Positions 1-9,652 of a stretch of DNA of 64,000 nt are shown piece by piece. The stretch lies in the NCBI GenBank assembly GCA_965238005.1, contig OZ250165.1:4672001-4736000 (forward strand), read 5' to 3'. The notes beneath the pieces are model-generated. The model made no database searches. It saw only the letters and a list, made by a program, of their open reading frames with translations, and was not told where the DNA came from. The DNA is from Longimicrobiales bacterium (GTDB taxonomy: Bacteria > Gemmatimonadota > Gemmatimonadetes > Longimicrobiales > Gaopeijiaceae). The translations under genes were made by a program, and so were the position numbers. Each line of letters opens with the position of its first letter. Within the stretch, counting starts at the first letter, position 1.

Positions 1-253
1 CAACTTCACGGGCTTCTGCGATCCCGAGGTGGACGAGGCACTGAGGCGGTCAGACCAATCCCTGGACTTCGCGGAGCGGAAGCAGGCCCTGGACGAGGCT
101 CAGGCGCTCCTGGCCGAATCGGACCGCTTCGTGCCCATCTACTACAACGTACTCCCCGAGGTCGTGAGCACGCAGGTCGGCAACTACCGGGGAAGCGGCA
201 CCAACTTCGGCAGCTTCTGGAACCTCCATGAGTGGACGCTGAGGGATCGATGA
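1..253 (+). CDS. Peptide/nickel ABC transporter substrate-binding protein, C-terminal part (runs off window start)
   Basis: Frame reads NFTGFCDPEVDEALRRS...EAQALLAESDRFVPIYY, typical SBP family 5 C-terminus; directly upstream of two Opp/Dpp permeases. Confidence 0.8.
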   Translation, partial: NFTGFCDPEVDEALRRSDQSLDFAERKQALDEAQALLAESDRFVPIYYNVLPEVVSTQVGNYRGSGTNFGSFWNLHEWTLRDR

Positions 254-315
254 AGTGGCCGCGGGAGAGCCCATGAGTCGGTCCAAGTGAACGCCCCGCC
301 TCGTCCAGCGTAGCC

Positions 316-1080
316 ATGCTGACCTACGTCGGCCGGCGCCTGCTCCAGATGGTTCCCCTCGTGTTCGGGATCTCCGTCATTCTCTTCGCCGTCATCCAGA
401 TGGCGCCGGGAGGTCCCGAGGGCAGCCTGTTGGAGACGGGCCGCTTCATCGATCCGGAGGTCATCGAGGCATACCGGGAGCGGCTGGGAGTCGATCGACC
501 GGTCCATATCCAGTACGTCCGGTGGCTCTCCGCCGTGTCGTTCCTGGGCATCGCCATGCCGGTCTTCTGGTTCGCGCTGATCCTCCAGATGGTCTTCTCG
601 GTGCAGCTCGGGTGGCTGCCCGTGGCGGGGACGGAGACGGTGGGCGATACCTCCCTGGGCGACCACCTGAAGCACCTGATCCTACCGGCCGTGGTGCTGT
701 CGTTCCGGAACATCGCCGGCTGGTCGCGCTATCTCCGGGCCAGCCTGCTGGGAGTGCTCAGGGCCGACTACATCCGCACTGCCCGGGCGAAGGGACTGTC
801 CGAGCGGGCGGTGGTGGGGGTCCACGGCGTGCGCAACGCCCTCATTCCCGTGCTGTCGATCATGGCCCTGGGCGTCGCCGACATGTTCTCCGGTGCCGTT
901 ATCACCGAGACCATATTCGCGTGGCCGGGCATCGGCCGGATGTTCGTGCAGGCCATGTTCGCCCGCGACTACCCCCTGCTCATGGGCATCATGATCATGG
1001 GCTCGATGATGGTGATCGTCTTCAACCTCGTGGCCGACGTCCTCTACGGGGTCCTGGATCCCCGGATCCGATACGCATGA
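316..1080 (+). CDS. Peptide ABC permease (DppB/OppB type), apparently with an in-frame internal deletion
   Basis: N-term MLTYVGRRLLQMVP, EAA loop DYIRTARAKGL, C-term LDPRIRY; only 254 aa, QYVRWL runs straight into SFLGIAMPVFW. Confidence 0.8.
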   Translation: MLTYVGRRLLQMVPLVFGISVILFAVIQMAPGGPEGSLLETGRFIDPEVIEAYRERLGVDRPVHIQYVRWLSAVSFLGIAMPVFWFALILQMVFSVQLGWLPVAGTETVGDTSLGDHLKHLILPAVVLSFRNIAGWSRYLRASLLGVLRADYIRTARAKGLSERAVVGVHGVRNALIPVLSIMALGVADMFSGAVITETIFAWPGIGRMFVQAMFARDYPLLMGIMIMGSMMVIVFNLVADVLYGVLDPRIRYA

Positions 1081-1937
1081 CGGACGCCGACGCTCGAACC
1101 CCTCGGGGCCTGGTGTGGCAGCGCCTGAGACGGCACAAGCTGGCCGTCGCCTCCTTCGGCGTGGTGGCGGCCATCACGGCCGCATGCGTGACGGCGCCGC
1201 TGATCGTGCCGTACGAGTTCGACAGCATCGACCTGGGGAGCATCCGGGAGGCGCCCTCGGCGGAGCACTGGATGGGAACCGACGACCTGGGCCGGGACCT
1301 GTTCACCAGGGTCCTCTATGGCGGCCGGGTGTCCATCCTCATCGGGCTGCTGGCGGCCATCATCGGCACGGGCGTGGGTGCCTTGGTGGGAGCCGTTGCC
1401 GGCTTCTACGGGGGCGGGACCGACAACCTGCTCATGCGGCTGACCGACGTGGCCTACTCCATCCCGACGCTGCCGCTTCTCATCGTCCTGAGCTCCTACA
1501 CCCAGGCGTCCGCCATGTCCATGGCGCCCATCATCGGCCTTCTCAGCTGGATGGCCACGGCCCGCGTGGTCCGCGGCGACGTCCTCACCATCAAGGAGCT
1601 GGCCTACGTGGAGGCCGCCCGGAGCCTGGGCGTGGCGAACACGAGCATCATCATGCGCCACATCATGCCCAACGCCATCGGCCCCATCGTCGTGGGAGCG
1701 ACGCTCGCCGTAGGGAACGCCATCATCCTCGAGTCCTCCCTGAGCTTCCTGGGTCTCGGCGTCCAACCCCCCGTCCCCACCTGGGGCAACATGCTCATGG
1801 ACGCACAGGCCACCATGGCGACGAAGCCGTGGCTGACCATCTTTCCCGGGTTCGCCATCCTGCTCATCGTGCTGTCCGTGAACTTCATCGGCGACGGGCT
1901 CCAGGACGCCCTGGACCCGACGGGAGGAACCGAGTGA
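1077..1937 (+). CDS. Peptide ABC permease (DppC/OppC type)
   Basis: ATG 1077 overlaps the previous stop (ATGA); HWMGTDDLGRD, YVEAARSLG, LSFLGLGVQPP motifs. Confidence 0.9.
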   Translation: MTDADARTPRGLVWQRLRRHKLAVASFGVVAAITAACVTAPLIVPYEFDSIDLGSIREAPSAEHWMGTDDLGRDLFTRVLYGGRVSILIGLLAAIIGTGVGALVGAVAGFYGGGTDNLLMRLTDVAYSIPTLPLLIVLSSYTQASAMSMAPIIGLLSWMATARVVRGDVLTIKELAYVEAARSLGVANTSIIMRHIMPNAIGPIVVGATLAVGNAIILESSLSFLGLGVQPPVPTWGNMLMDAQATMATKPWLTIFPGFAILLIVLSVNFIGDGLQDALDPTGGTE

Positions 1938-3342
1938 CCAGCGGCGGCGCGCCGATCGGGTGGGCGTCCTGGATCACGCGCGCGGCGCCCAGCACCTGCC
2001 CTTCCCCGAACCGCCGTCCCACCACCTGCAACCCCACGGGCAGCGCCCCCGGGTCGAGCCCGCAGGGCACGGAGGCTACGGGCAGCCCGGTGAGGCTCAG
2101 CACGAAGGTGGGCGCGATCCAGTCCACGTAGGTCTTCATGGTCCGCCCGGCTACGGTCTCGGGGTAATTCTGATCCACCGGGAACGGCGGCACCGCCATG
2201 GAGGGAGTCAGCAGGTGGTCGAAGCGCTCGAAGAATGCCTGGAACTCGGCCCAGATGCGATTCCTCTGCTGCTCGGCCCACGCGTGTTGCTCGGTCGTAA
2301 CCTCGAGGCCCGCTCGGATGTTGCCCGCCACATTGGCGCCCAGCTCGTCCAGTCGGTCGAGGTGCTTGTGATGGTGCGCCACCATCCAGTACCCGCGCAG
2401 GTGCAGGAACGCGTCGCGGCCGTATGAGAGATCCATGTCGACCTCCTCCACACTGGCGCCTGCGTCACGCAGGGCGAAGGCGGCCGCGCGGCAGATGGCT
2501 TCCACGTCGGGGTCCACGCCGATGGCGATCAGGTCGGGGCAGTACGCGAAGCGCCTGCCGCTAACGTCGGCGTCCTGCACCGCCGCCGCCCGATCCGCCG
2601 CCTGCTCGCCCTGGTTCACCGGGCAGCCCGGGCTCGGCCCGGCGACCGCATCCAGGAACAGCGCCACGTCCTCGGCCCGGCGCGCCATCGGGCCGGTCAC
2701 CTGGAGGTTGTCCCACAGGTAGTCCGAGGGCCACGTGGGCACGAGGCCCGGGCTGGGCCGGATGCCCACGATGCCGTTGAACGACGCCGGAATGCGGAGC
2801 GAGCCTCCCAGGTCGGTACCCTCGGCCAACGCGATCATGCCGGTGGCGAGCGCGGCGCCGCCGCCCCCGGTCGACCCGCCGGCGCTGCGGTCGGTGTTCC
2901 AGGGATTCAGGGTGCGGCCGAACACCTCGTTGAAGGTGTTGCCGCCCGCCGCGAACTCGGGCGTGTTGGTCTTGCCCAGGATGATCGCGCCGGCCTCGCG
3001 CAGGCGCGTGACGACCCAGGCGTCCTCCTCGGGCACGTGGTCGGCGTACATGGGCGAGCCGAACGTGGTGCGCAGGCCCGCGACGGGCGTGACGTCCTTG
3101 ATGCCGACGGGCAGGCCATAGAGCGGTGGAAGGCCCCCTCCCCCCCCGTAGCACGCCTCCAGCGCGCGCGCGTCGTCGAGGGCGGCGGGATTCAGGGTGA
3201 CGACCGCGTTGATCTCGCCGTTGTAGCGCTCGACCTGCGCCAGGCTGGCCTCGATGAGCTCGACGGGCGAGAGTTCGCCCGCCCCCAGGCGGCGGCGCAG
3301 CTCGGTGGCGCTGGTCGCGTGCAACTCGTCGATCAGGGCCAT
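1885..3342 (-). CDS. Amidase signature family protein
   Basis: GLPVGIKD, GKTNTPEF, AGGSTGG, GTDLGGSLRIPAS motifs. Confidence 0.92.
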   Translation of the reverse strand: MALIDELHATSATELRRRLGAGELSPVELIEASLAQVERYNGEINAVVTLNPAALDDARALEACYGGGGGLPPLYGLPVGIKDVTPVAGLRTTFGSPMYADHVPEEDAWVVTRLREAGAIILGKTNTPEFAAGGNTFNEVFGRTLNPWNTDRSAGGSTGGGGAALATGMIALAEGTDLGGSLRIPASFNGIVGIRPSPGLVPTWPSDYLWDNLQVTGPMARRAEDVALFLDAVAGPSPGCPVNQGEQAADRAAAVQDADVSGRRFAYCPDLIAIGVDPDVEAICRAAAFALRDAGASVEEVDMDLSYGRDAFLHLRGYWMVAHHHKHLDRLDELGANVAGNIRAGLEVTTEQHAWAEQQRNRIWAEFQAFFERFDHLLTPSMAVPPFPVDQNYPETVAGRTMKTYVDWIAPTFVLSLTGLPVASVPCGLDPGALPVGLQVVGRRFGEGQVLGAARVIQDAHPIGAPPLVTRFLPSGPGRPGARRR

Positions 3343-3378
3343 GGCCGTCTCATCCCCGGGGCCTCCGGGCCCCGCCCC

Positions 3379-4176
3379 TCAGCTTCGCCCGCCGTCCAGC
3401 CATGCCACCGCGCGGCAAAACGCCGCCTCCCCACCTTTGAACTTCCACGGGAAGATGCCGATCGTGAGCCGCTGGTCTTGCAGCTCGGGCGCGTTCAGCT
3501 CGCCGCCCAAGTTCTCGACGTGCATGCAGTTGCTCGGGAAGAGCGCGTTGTGCGCGATCTGGTAGTCGCCCTGCGGGAACAGGCGGTCCACCTCGTCCTC
3601 GCCGCCGAACTTCTCCACGCACTTCGCACGCACGCGGTCGCAGTGGCCGTGCATGCCCTTCCCCAGGAACCGGCCGATCGGGAGGTTCATGGGGTGGTCG
3701 GTCGACACGGCGTCCACGCCCCAGATCTTGATCTCCTTCTCGAGCAGCCAGGGGATCATGTCCGCGTGCGGGCCCGGGTGCACGTGCACGTAGCGCTCCT
3801 CGTCGGGCTCCTCGCCGAACTGGCCGAAGCGCGCCCAGCCGGTGTTCAGCATCAGCAGATCGCCCTTCCGCACCTCGACGTGCCCCTCGATCATCTCGGG
3901 CGTGTACACGTCCAGATCGTCGAGCTCGTCCGCCAGGTTCACGATCACGCCCGGCCCGCACAGCCACTCCATGGGGATCTGGTCGATGGTCATGCCGCCG
4001 GTCACGAAGTGCCGGGGCGCGTCCAGGTGCGTGCCCATGTGGTTGGACGACTGGATGTACTGCGCGTTCACGCCGTGCTCGGACTTGCGCTTGATGTACT
4101 TCACCTCGAACGGCGGATAGTACGGCCAGGCGAACGAGTCCTGGTTGAGCGGCTGGGAGAGGTCGTAGGTCTTCAT
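3379..4176 (-). CDS. Cyclase family metal-dependent hydrolase (kynurenine formamidase-like)
   Basis: YDLSQPL start, HMGTHLDAPRH (HxGTHxDxPxH), GVDAVSTD, HVENL. Confidence 0.9.
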   Translation of the reverse strand: MKTYDLSQPLNQDSFAWPYYPPFEVKYIKRKSEHGVNAQYIQSSNHMGTHLDAPRHFVTGGMTIDQIPMEWLCGPGVIVNLADELDDLDVYTPEMIEGHVEVRKGDLLMLNTGWARFGQFGEEPDEERYVHVHPGPHADMIPWLLEKEIKIWGVDAVSTDHPMNLPIGRFLGKGMHGHCDRVRAKCVEKFGGEDEVDRLFPQGDYQIAHNALFPSNCMHVENLGGELNAPELQDQRLTIGIFPWKFKGGEAAFCRAVAWLDGGRS

Positions 4177-4216
4177 GAGCCGTTCCTCATGCGGGTCTTC
4201 ATGCTTCGTTCCTCAT
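4168..4216. repeat. Imperfect 23-bp direct repeat, period 26, at the NCS1/cyclase junction
   Basis: ggtcttcatg-agc-cgttcctcat (4168-4190) vs ggtcttcatg-ctt-cgttcctcat (4194-4216). Confidence 0.75.
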
Positions 4217-5680
4217 CAGGAGGAAATAGAGAACGAACGAGACGATGGTCGCGCTGAACCACGCGCCGTTGAATAGGAAGGCGAGCGAGGGGTGCAGCAA
4301 GCCGGCGAGGGCGACGAGCACGCCGGCGACGAGCGCCATCAGCGCCCGCGGGTTCACTCCGCCGGAATAGGCGTACGCGCCGTCGGTGGAATAGAGGCCC
4401 GGCAGATCGAGCTGCCCGCGCCGCACGGCGACGTAATCGCTCACGATCACGCCGCCCACCGCGCCCAGCAGACCCGAGTAGGTGATCAGCCAGACCTGGT
4501 ACAGGTCGAGCAGCTTCCACGGCACGATGACGATGCCGATCGCCGCGGCGATGAGCCCTCCAGCGCGGAACGAGATGCGGCGTGGGTTCAGGTTACTGAA
4601 GCTGTTCGCGGGCGCCACGACGTTCGCGGCGATGTTCGTGCTGAGCGTGGCCACGATGATCGCCACCATGGCGAGCAGGCCGAGCAGGGGCCGGTTCTGC
4701 TCCGCCGTGAGGCGCGCCACGAGGTCGACCGGGTTCCAGATCGCCTCGTCATAGAGCAATACGGTGGCGCTGGTCACGGCCACTCCGATAAAGGAGAACA
4801 GAGGCATGGTGGTGAGCAGTCCCACCGCCTGCCCCACCGCCTGGTCCTTCTGGCTCTTCGCGTAGCGCGTGAAGTCGGGGATGTTGAGCGACAGCGTGGC
4901 CCAGTAGCCCACCATGGCCGTCACCCAGGGCAGGAACAGGGTCATGATGAAGCGGCCCGCGGGCAGGTCCTGCGCGGTGCCCAGCCGATCGGACGCATCA
5001 AGCATCTCACCCAGACCGCCCACGCGCAGGATCGCCCAAGCCAACAGCGAGAGACCCATGAGGATCAGGAACGGCGCCGCGACGGTCTCGAGCACACGAA
5101 TGGATTCCGTACCGGCGATCACGAAGTAGACGTTCACGCACCAGAACAGCAGGAAGCTCACATAAAGCGGCGCGCCGTGGCCCATGAACGTCCAGTCACC
5201 GCCCAGTGCCAGCCAGCCGGGCCAGACGATGCCCAGCGCGGCGTTCACCGCCAGGCCGCCGATCCAGGTCTGGATACCGAACCAGCCGCACGCGACCACC
5301 GAGCGCATCAGCGACGGCACGTGTGCGCCCACGGGCCCGAACGACGCCCTCGCGTACACAGGGAACGGAATGCCGTAGCGTGTGCCCGCGTGGCCGTTGA
5401 TGGCCATGGGCACGTAAACGATGAGGTTGCCGAGCAGAATCGCCAGCATGCTCTGCCACCAATTCATACCCGTCTCGATCATGCTGGCGGCCAGCATGTA
5501 CGTGGGAATACACACGCTCATCCCCACCCACAGCGACGCGATGTGCAGGGTGCTCCAGGTGCGGTCGGACACCGCGGTGGGCGCGATGTCGTCGTTGACG
5601 AGCGGCCCGGTAGGGACGGGCTCATCCAGCTCGACGAGACCCGTCATGATGTCGTCCGACTGTGCGGGTGCGGTGCGCAT
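4199..5680 (-). CDS. NCS1 family nucleobase:cation symporter
   Basis: LWVGMSVCIPTY, GTRYGIPFPVYARASFG, WATLSLNIPDFTRY, TNIAANVVAPAN; start set at ATG 5680 behind GAGGAG. Confidence 0.92.
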   Translation of the reverse strand: MRTAPAQSDDIMTGLVELDEPVPTGPLVNDDIAPTAVSDRTWSTLHIASLWVGMSVCIPTYMLAASMIETGMNWWQSMLAILLGNLIVYVPMAINGHAGTRYGIPFPVYARASFGPVGAHVPSLMRSVVACGWFGIQTWIGGLAVNAALGIVWPGWLALGGDWTFMGHGAPLYVSFLLFWCVNVYFVIAGTESIRVLETVAAPFLILMGLSLLAWAILRVGGLGEMLDASDRLGTAQDLPAGRFIMTLFLPWVTAMVGYWATLSLNIPDFTRYAKSQKDQAVGQAVGLLTTMPLFSFIGVAVTSATVLLYDEAIWNPVDLVARLTAEQNRPLLGLLAMVAIIVATLSTNIAANVVAPANSFSNLNPRRISFRAGGLIAAAIGIVIVPWKLLDLYQVWLITYSGLLGAVGGVIVSDYVAVRRGQLDLPGLYSTDGAYAYSGGVNPRALMALVAGVLVALAGLLHPSLAFLFNGAWFSATIVSFVLYFLLMRNEA

Positions 5681-5698
5681 GCTGCTCCTCAGGGGCGG

Positions 5699-5756
5699 GG
5701 GCTCACGTGGCTTCCTCGGGCGTGGCACGGGCTCACGTGGCTTCCTCGGGCGTGGC
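5699..5756. repeat. 28-bp perfect direct repeat, period 30, duplicating the coxM-like stop region
   Basis: gggctcacgtggcttcctcgggcgtggc at 5699-5726 and 5729-5756. Confidence 0.9.
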
Positions 5757-6623
5757 GCGCGCGCACGCGGTCTCGAGCGCCCGGCGCGTCATCACCTCGA
5801 CCAAGTGGCGCCGGTAGTCCGCCGAAGCGTGCATGTCGCCCGGCGGGTCGACGTCGTGCTCGGCGGCGGCGGCCGCGGCTGCGCGAATCGATTCGGGGCC
5901 CGGGGCCTCGCCGATGAGCGTCGCGGCCCCCTGCCCCGCGAGCACGGGACCGTCGCCCACGCTGATCAGCGCCACGCGCGCGTTCGCGCACTTGCCCGCC
6001 TCGTCCAGCGTTACCGTCGCGGCCACGCCCACCAGCGCGAAGTCGCCCTGGCGGCGGGCGATCTCGGTGAACGAATGCCCCGTGCGGCCCGCGGCCGGGG
6101 GCGGCACCTCGATCTCAACGAGCAATTCATCGGGCCCCACGGCCGTTGCGAACAGGCCAGTGAAGAAGTCCTCCGCGGCCACCCACCGCTCGCCGCCGGG
6201 GCCCATCACGCGAAACCGCGCCCCCAGCGCAAGCATCACCGCCGGTACCTCCGCCGCCGGGTCGGCGTGCGCCAGCGTGCCGCCGATCGTGCCGCGGTTG
6301 CGGATCTGCGGGTGCGCCACCCACGGCATGGCCTCGGCGAGCAGCGGGACCCTGTCAGCCACGAGGGCGGAACGCTCGACCGCGCGCTGGCGAGTTATCG
6401 CACCGAAGCGCACGCCGCCGTCCCGGGCCTCCTGGATGAAGTCCAGGCCGGACACCCCATTCATGTCCACCAGCATGCCCGGCTGGGCGAGCCGGAAGTT
6501 CATCGCCGGAATCAAGCTCTGCCCGCCGGCCAGCACCCGCGCGCCGTCGCCGTTGTCCGCGAGCGCCGAGAGCGCCTCCTCGGCAGCCCCCGCGACGAGG
6601 TACTCGAACGGCGCGGGCTTCAC
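5733..6623 (-). CDS. Xanthine dehydrogenase/CoxM family FAD-binding subunit
   Basis: Start GTG-KPAPFEY; LAGGQSLIP, IRNRGTIGGTLAHADPAAE, DMHASADYRRHL. Confidence 0.92.
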   Translation of the reverse strand: MKPAPFEYLVAGAAEEALSALADNGDGARVLAGGQSLIPAMNFRLAQPGMLVDMNGVSGLDFIQEARDGGVRFGAITRQRAVERSALVADRVPLLAEAMPWVAHPQIRNRGTIGGTLAHADPAAEVPAVMLALGARFRVMGPGGERWVAAEDFFTGLFATAVGPDELLVEIEVPPPAAGRTGHSFTEIARRQGDFALVGVAATVTLDEAGKCANARVALISVGDGPVLAGQGAATLIGEAPGPESIRAAAAAAAEHDVDPPGDMHASADYRRHLVEVMTRRALETACARATPEEAT

Positions 6624-6654
6624 GGGGCCTCCAGGCAAGCGTCGAGTTCGATGA

Positions 6655-8994
6655 TCATGCGCCATCGGCCTCGCGAATGAGCTCGAAGAGCCGGTTGGGG
6701 CTCAGGGGCATCTCGCGGATCTCGAGACCCGGCAGCTTCAGCGCGTCTTCGATCGCCTGGGCGAACGCGGCGCCGGTGGGGATCGCCCCGGCCTCGCCGA
6801 CCCCTTTCACGCCCAGGGGATTCAGCGGCGACGAGGTGGTGACGTGATCCGTCTCGACGTTGGGCACGTCGGTGGCGGTCGGCAGCAGGTAGTCCATGAA
6901 CGACGCGTTCTGGAGCTGTCCGTGGTCGTCGAACACGAGCTGCTCGTAGAACGCGTTGCCAATGCCGTGCGCGACGCCGCCCTGGATCTGGCCTTCGACG
7001 ATCATGGGATTGATCACCGTGCCGCAGTCGTGCACGACCACGTAGCGCAGGATATCGACCATGGCCGTCTCGGGGTCCACCTCGACGATCATCGCGTGCA
7101 CGCCGTTGGCCGTGGTGCCCCGGTCGGGGCCGAAATAGGCCGTGGCCTCGAGCCCGGGTTCGGTGCCGGGCGTCACTGCGCCGCGCAGCGGGTTGGCGAT
7201 GACCGCCAGACCGCCCAGGTCGAAGCCCCGGTCCGGATCGCCGTGCACGAAGGCACGGCCCCCGGCCAGCTCCAGCGCGTCGGAGTCGACGCCCAGCTCG
7301 TCCGCGGCCAGCTCGAAGACCTTCTTGCGCACCGCCTGGGCCGCCGCGTGGCAGGCCCCGCCCGCCACGACGATGCCGCGGCTCGCGAATGTGCCCGTGC
7401 CCCATCCGAACTCGCGCGTATCGCCTGTCGTGACGAACACGTCCTCCACCTCCACGCCCAGCGCGTCCGAGACGATCTGGGCGAAGGCGGTGAAGTGCCC
7501 CTGCCCCTGGGTGCCGACACCGGTCGCCACGCGCACGGCTCCGCTCGGCTCGATCGTGACGCGCGCGCCCTCGTACGGGCCGATGCCGGTGCCCTCGACG
7601 TAGCTCACGACACCCAGGCCCAGGTGGCGGCCGGCCTCGCGGGCCCGCGCCTGTTCCTCGCCGAAACCGTCGTACCCGATCATCTCGGCCGCCCGCTCCA
7701 GCGCGGGCAGATAGTCGCCGCTGTCGTACACGAGGTCGGCTGAGTCCTGGAACGTGACCTTGTGGTTGTACGGGAAGGAACCCGGCTCCAGATAGTTCCT
7801 CTTCCGGATCTCGACGCGGTCGATACCCAGCTCGCGGGCCGCGATGTCGAGCATGCGCTCCATCACGAACACGCCATGCTGGCGGCCGGCGCCGCGCACC
7901 GGCGTGACAATCATCTTGTTGGTGAAGACCATCTTGAACTCGCCGTGGTAGTTCGGCACCTCGTACGGCCCCAGCAGGGTGCATTGGGTGTTGATCGGCA
8001 CCGTGAGGCCGTACGGGTTGTAGGCGCCCGTGTCGTGCAGGAACACGTTCTTCACCGCGACGAGCCGCCCGTCTTCGCCGAACGCGAACACCGCGTCGTG
8101 AACCTGCCCGCGCTCCTGCGTGCTGGCGTAGAAGCTCTCCTGGCGGTCCTCGATCCACTTGAGGGGCCGGCCCAGCCGCATCGCGGCCCACGGCAGCAGC
8201 ACCTCGTCGGGGTAGAACATCATGATCTTGGGCCCGAAGCCCCCGCCAACGAACGGCGCGACCACGCGCACCTGCGACTGGCGCAGGCCCAGCATGGCGG
8301 CGAGGCCGTTCCGGATGGGGATCGGCGCCTGCGTGGTATCCCACACGGTCAGCTCGCCCGCGCGCGCGTCCCACCGGGCCACGACGCCCCGGTTCTCCAT
8401 CGCGCCGGCCACGCCGCGGTCGCAGATAAAACGCCGCTCAATCACCAGGTGCGCGTCGGCCGCGGCTGCCTCGAAGTCGCCCTTCGTCTGCGCCACGTGC
8501 GCGGCCAGGTTCGTGCCGATCTGGTCGTGGATCACGGGCGCGTCGACCTCGAGCCCGGCCTCGAGGTCGACCACCACGTCCATCGGATCGATGTCCACCC
8601 ACACGTCTGCGATCGCGTCTTCGGCTATGTATCGGCTCTCGGCCACGATCATCGCGACCGGCTCGCCCGCGTAGCGCACCCGACCGCTGGCCAGGGGCCG
8701 GTTCGTGGCCTGGTTGAACACCAGGTCGTCGATGGGGGGCGGCCTCACGAGTAGTGGCCCCATGGCATTGTAGTCACCCAGGTCCTCGGCGGTGTACACG
8801 GCGACGACGCCCTCTCGAGCGCGCGCCACCGAGGCATCGATGCTCAAGATGCGCCCGTGCGCGAAGTCGCTGCGCACGAACGCGACGTGCAGCATATCGT
8901 CGAAGTGCACGTCGTCCACGAAGAGCGCGCTGCCCGTGAGCAGCGCGGCGTCCTCACTGCGGAGCACGCTCGCGCCGACGCGATCCTCAGCCAC
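6655..8994 (-). CDS. Xanthine dehydrogenase/CoxL family molybdopterin-binding subunit (form II-like)
   Basis: VGGGFGPK, TPVRGAGR, QGQGH, GQIQGGVAHG, KGVGEAG; no form I AYxCSFR loop. Confidence 0.92.
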   Translation of the reverse strand: MAEDRVGASVLRSEDAALLTGSALFVDDVHFDDMLHVAFVRSDFAHGRILSIDASVARAREGVVAVYTAEDLGDYNAMGPLLVRPPPIDDLVFNQATNRPLASGRVRYAGEPVAMIVAESRYIAEDAIADVWVDIDPMDVVVDLEAGLEVDAPVIHDQIGTNLAAHVAQTKGDFEAAAADAHLVIERRFICDRGVAGAMENRGVVARWDARAGELTVWDTTQAPIPIRNGLAAMLGLRQSQVRVVAPFVGGGFGPKIMMFYPDEVLLPWAAMRLGRPLKWIEDRQESFYASTQERGQVHDAVFAFGEDGRLVAVKNVFLHDTGAYNPYGLTVPINTQCTLLGPYEVPNYHGEFKMVFTNKMIVTPVRGAGRQHGVFVMERMLDIAARELGIDRVEIRKRNYLEPGSFPYNHKVTFQDSADLVYDSGDYLPALERAAEMIGYDGFGEEQARAREAGRHLGLGVVSYVEGTGIGPYEGARVTIEPSGAVRVATGVGTQGQGHFTAFAQIVSDALGVEVEDVFVTTGDTREFGWGTGTFASRGIVVAGGACHAAAQAVRKKVFELAADELGVDSDALELAGGRAFVHGDPDRGFDLGGLAVIANPLRGAVTPGTEPGLEATAYFGPDRGTTANGVHAMIVEVDPETAMVDILRYVVVHDCGTVINPMIVEGQIQGGVAHGIGNAFYEQLVFDDHGQLQNASFMDYLLPTATDVPNVETDHVTTSSPLNPLGVKGVGEAGAIPTGAAFAQAIEDALKLPGLEIREMPLSPNRLFELIREADGA

Positions 8995-9517
8995 CGTTTC
9001 GCTCCGCGACGTGGCGCACCGCGCGAACGATGTTCTCGTAGCCGGTGCAGCGGCACAGGTTGCCGGTAATGGCTTCGCGGATCTCGTGCTCGGTGGGGTC
9101 CGGGTTCTCCTCGAGGAACGGGATCAGCGTCATCAACATGCCGGGTGTGCAGAAGCCGCACTGAAGCCCGTGCTTCTCGTGGAAGGCGGTCTGAAGGGGG
9201 TGGAGCGCGGGGGCCGCGGGGGTCGCGGGGGTCGTGTGCGTACCGGACGCGGTCTGGCCATCCGCCGCGGCCGCGCCCGCCCCCGCCAGCCCCTCCACGG
9301 TCGTCAGCGCCTGCCCGTGCGCCTGCACCGCCAGCACCAGGCACGACCGGATCGCCTCGCCGTTCATCAGGACCGTGCAGGCCCCGCACACGCCGTGCTC
9401 GCAGCCGACGCGCGTTCCGGTGAGGTCCAGGGAGTGGCGAAGGAAGTCGCTCAACAGCAGGCGCGGCTCGACGTCGCGCTCGTACTCGGTGCCGTTGACC
9501 GTGAGCTGGATTCGCAT
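8987..9517 (-). CDS. CoxS family (2Fe-2S)-binding subunit
   Basis: [29 protein letters not shown]; carries an Ala/Thr/Pro-rich insert. Confidence 0.93.
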   Translation of the reverse strand: MRIQLTVNGTEYERDVEPRLLLSDFLRHSLDLTGTRVGCEHGVCGACTVLMNGEAIRSCLVLAVQAHGQALTTVEGLAGAGAAAADGQTASGTHTTPATPAAPALHPLQTAFHEKHGLQCGFCTPGMLMTLIPFLEENPDPTEHEIREAITGNLCRCTGYENIVRAVRHVAERNGG

Positions 9518-9652
9518 AGGCGACTGAGGTTAGGCGGCGTTTCGGCAGACAGCAAGGCGGTCGGGGCCGTTACCGTGCGCGCCATCCGTCCTTGCGATCC
9601 CACACGCACGATACCGATGATGGGGCTCCGTCCCCGTCGCCCCGGAGCGCCC

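Noticed and set aside
250..290. Chain of two tiny ATGA-linked ORFs after the substrate-binding protein
   Set aside because: The chain ends 25 bp before the permease start, so it does not bridge the genes; may be chance
6655..8994. True aerobic CO dehydrogenase (form I coxL)
   Set aside because: Active-site loop is PVRGAGR, lacking the Cu-binding Cys of AYxCSFR; gene order is S-L-M
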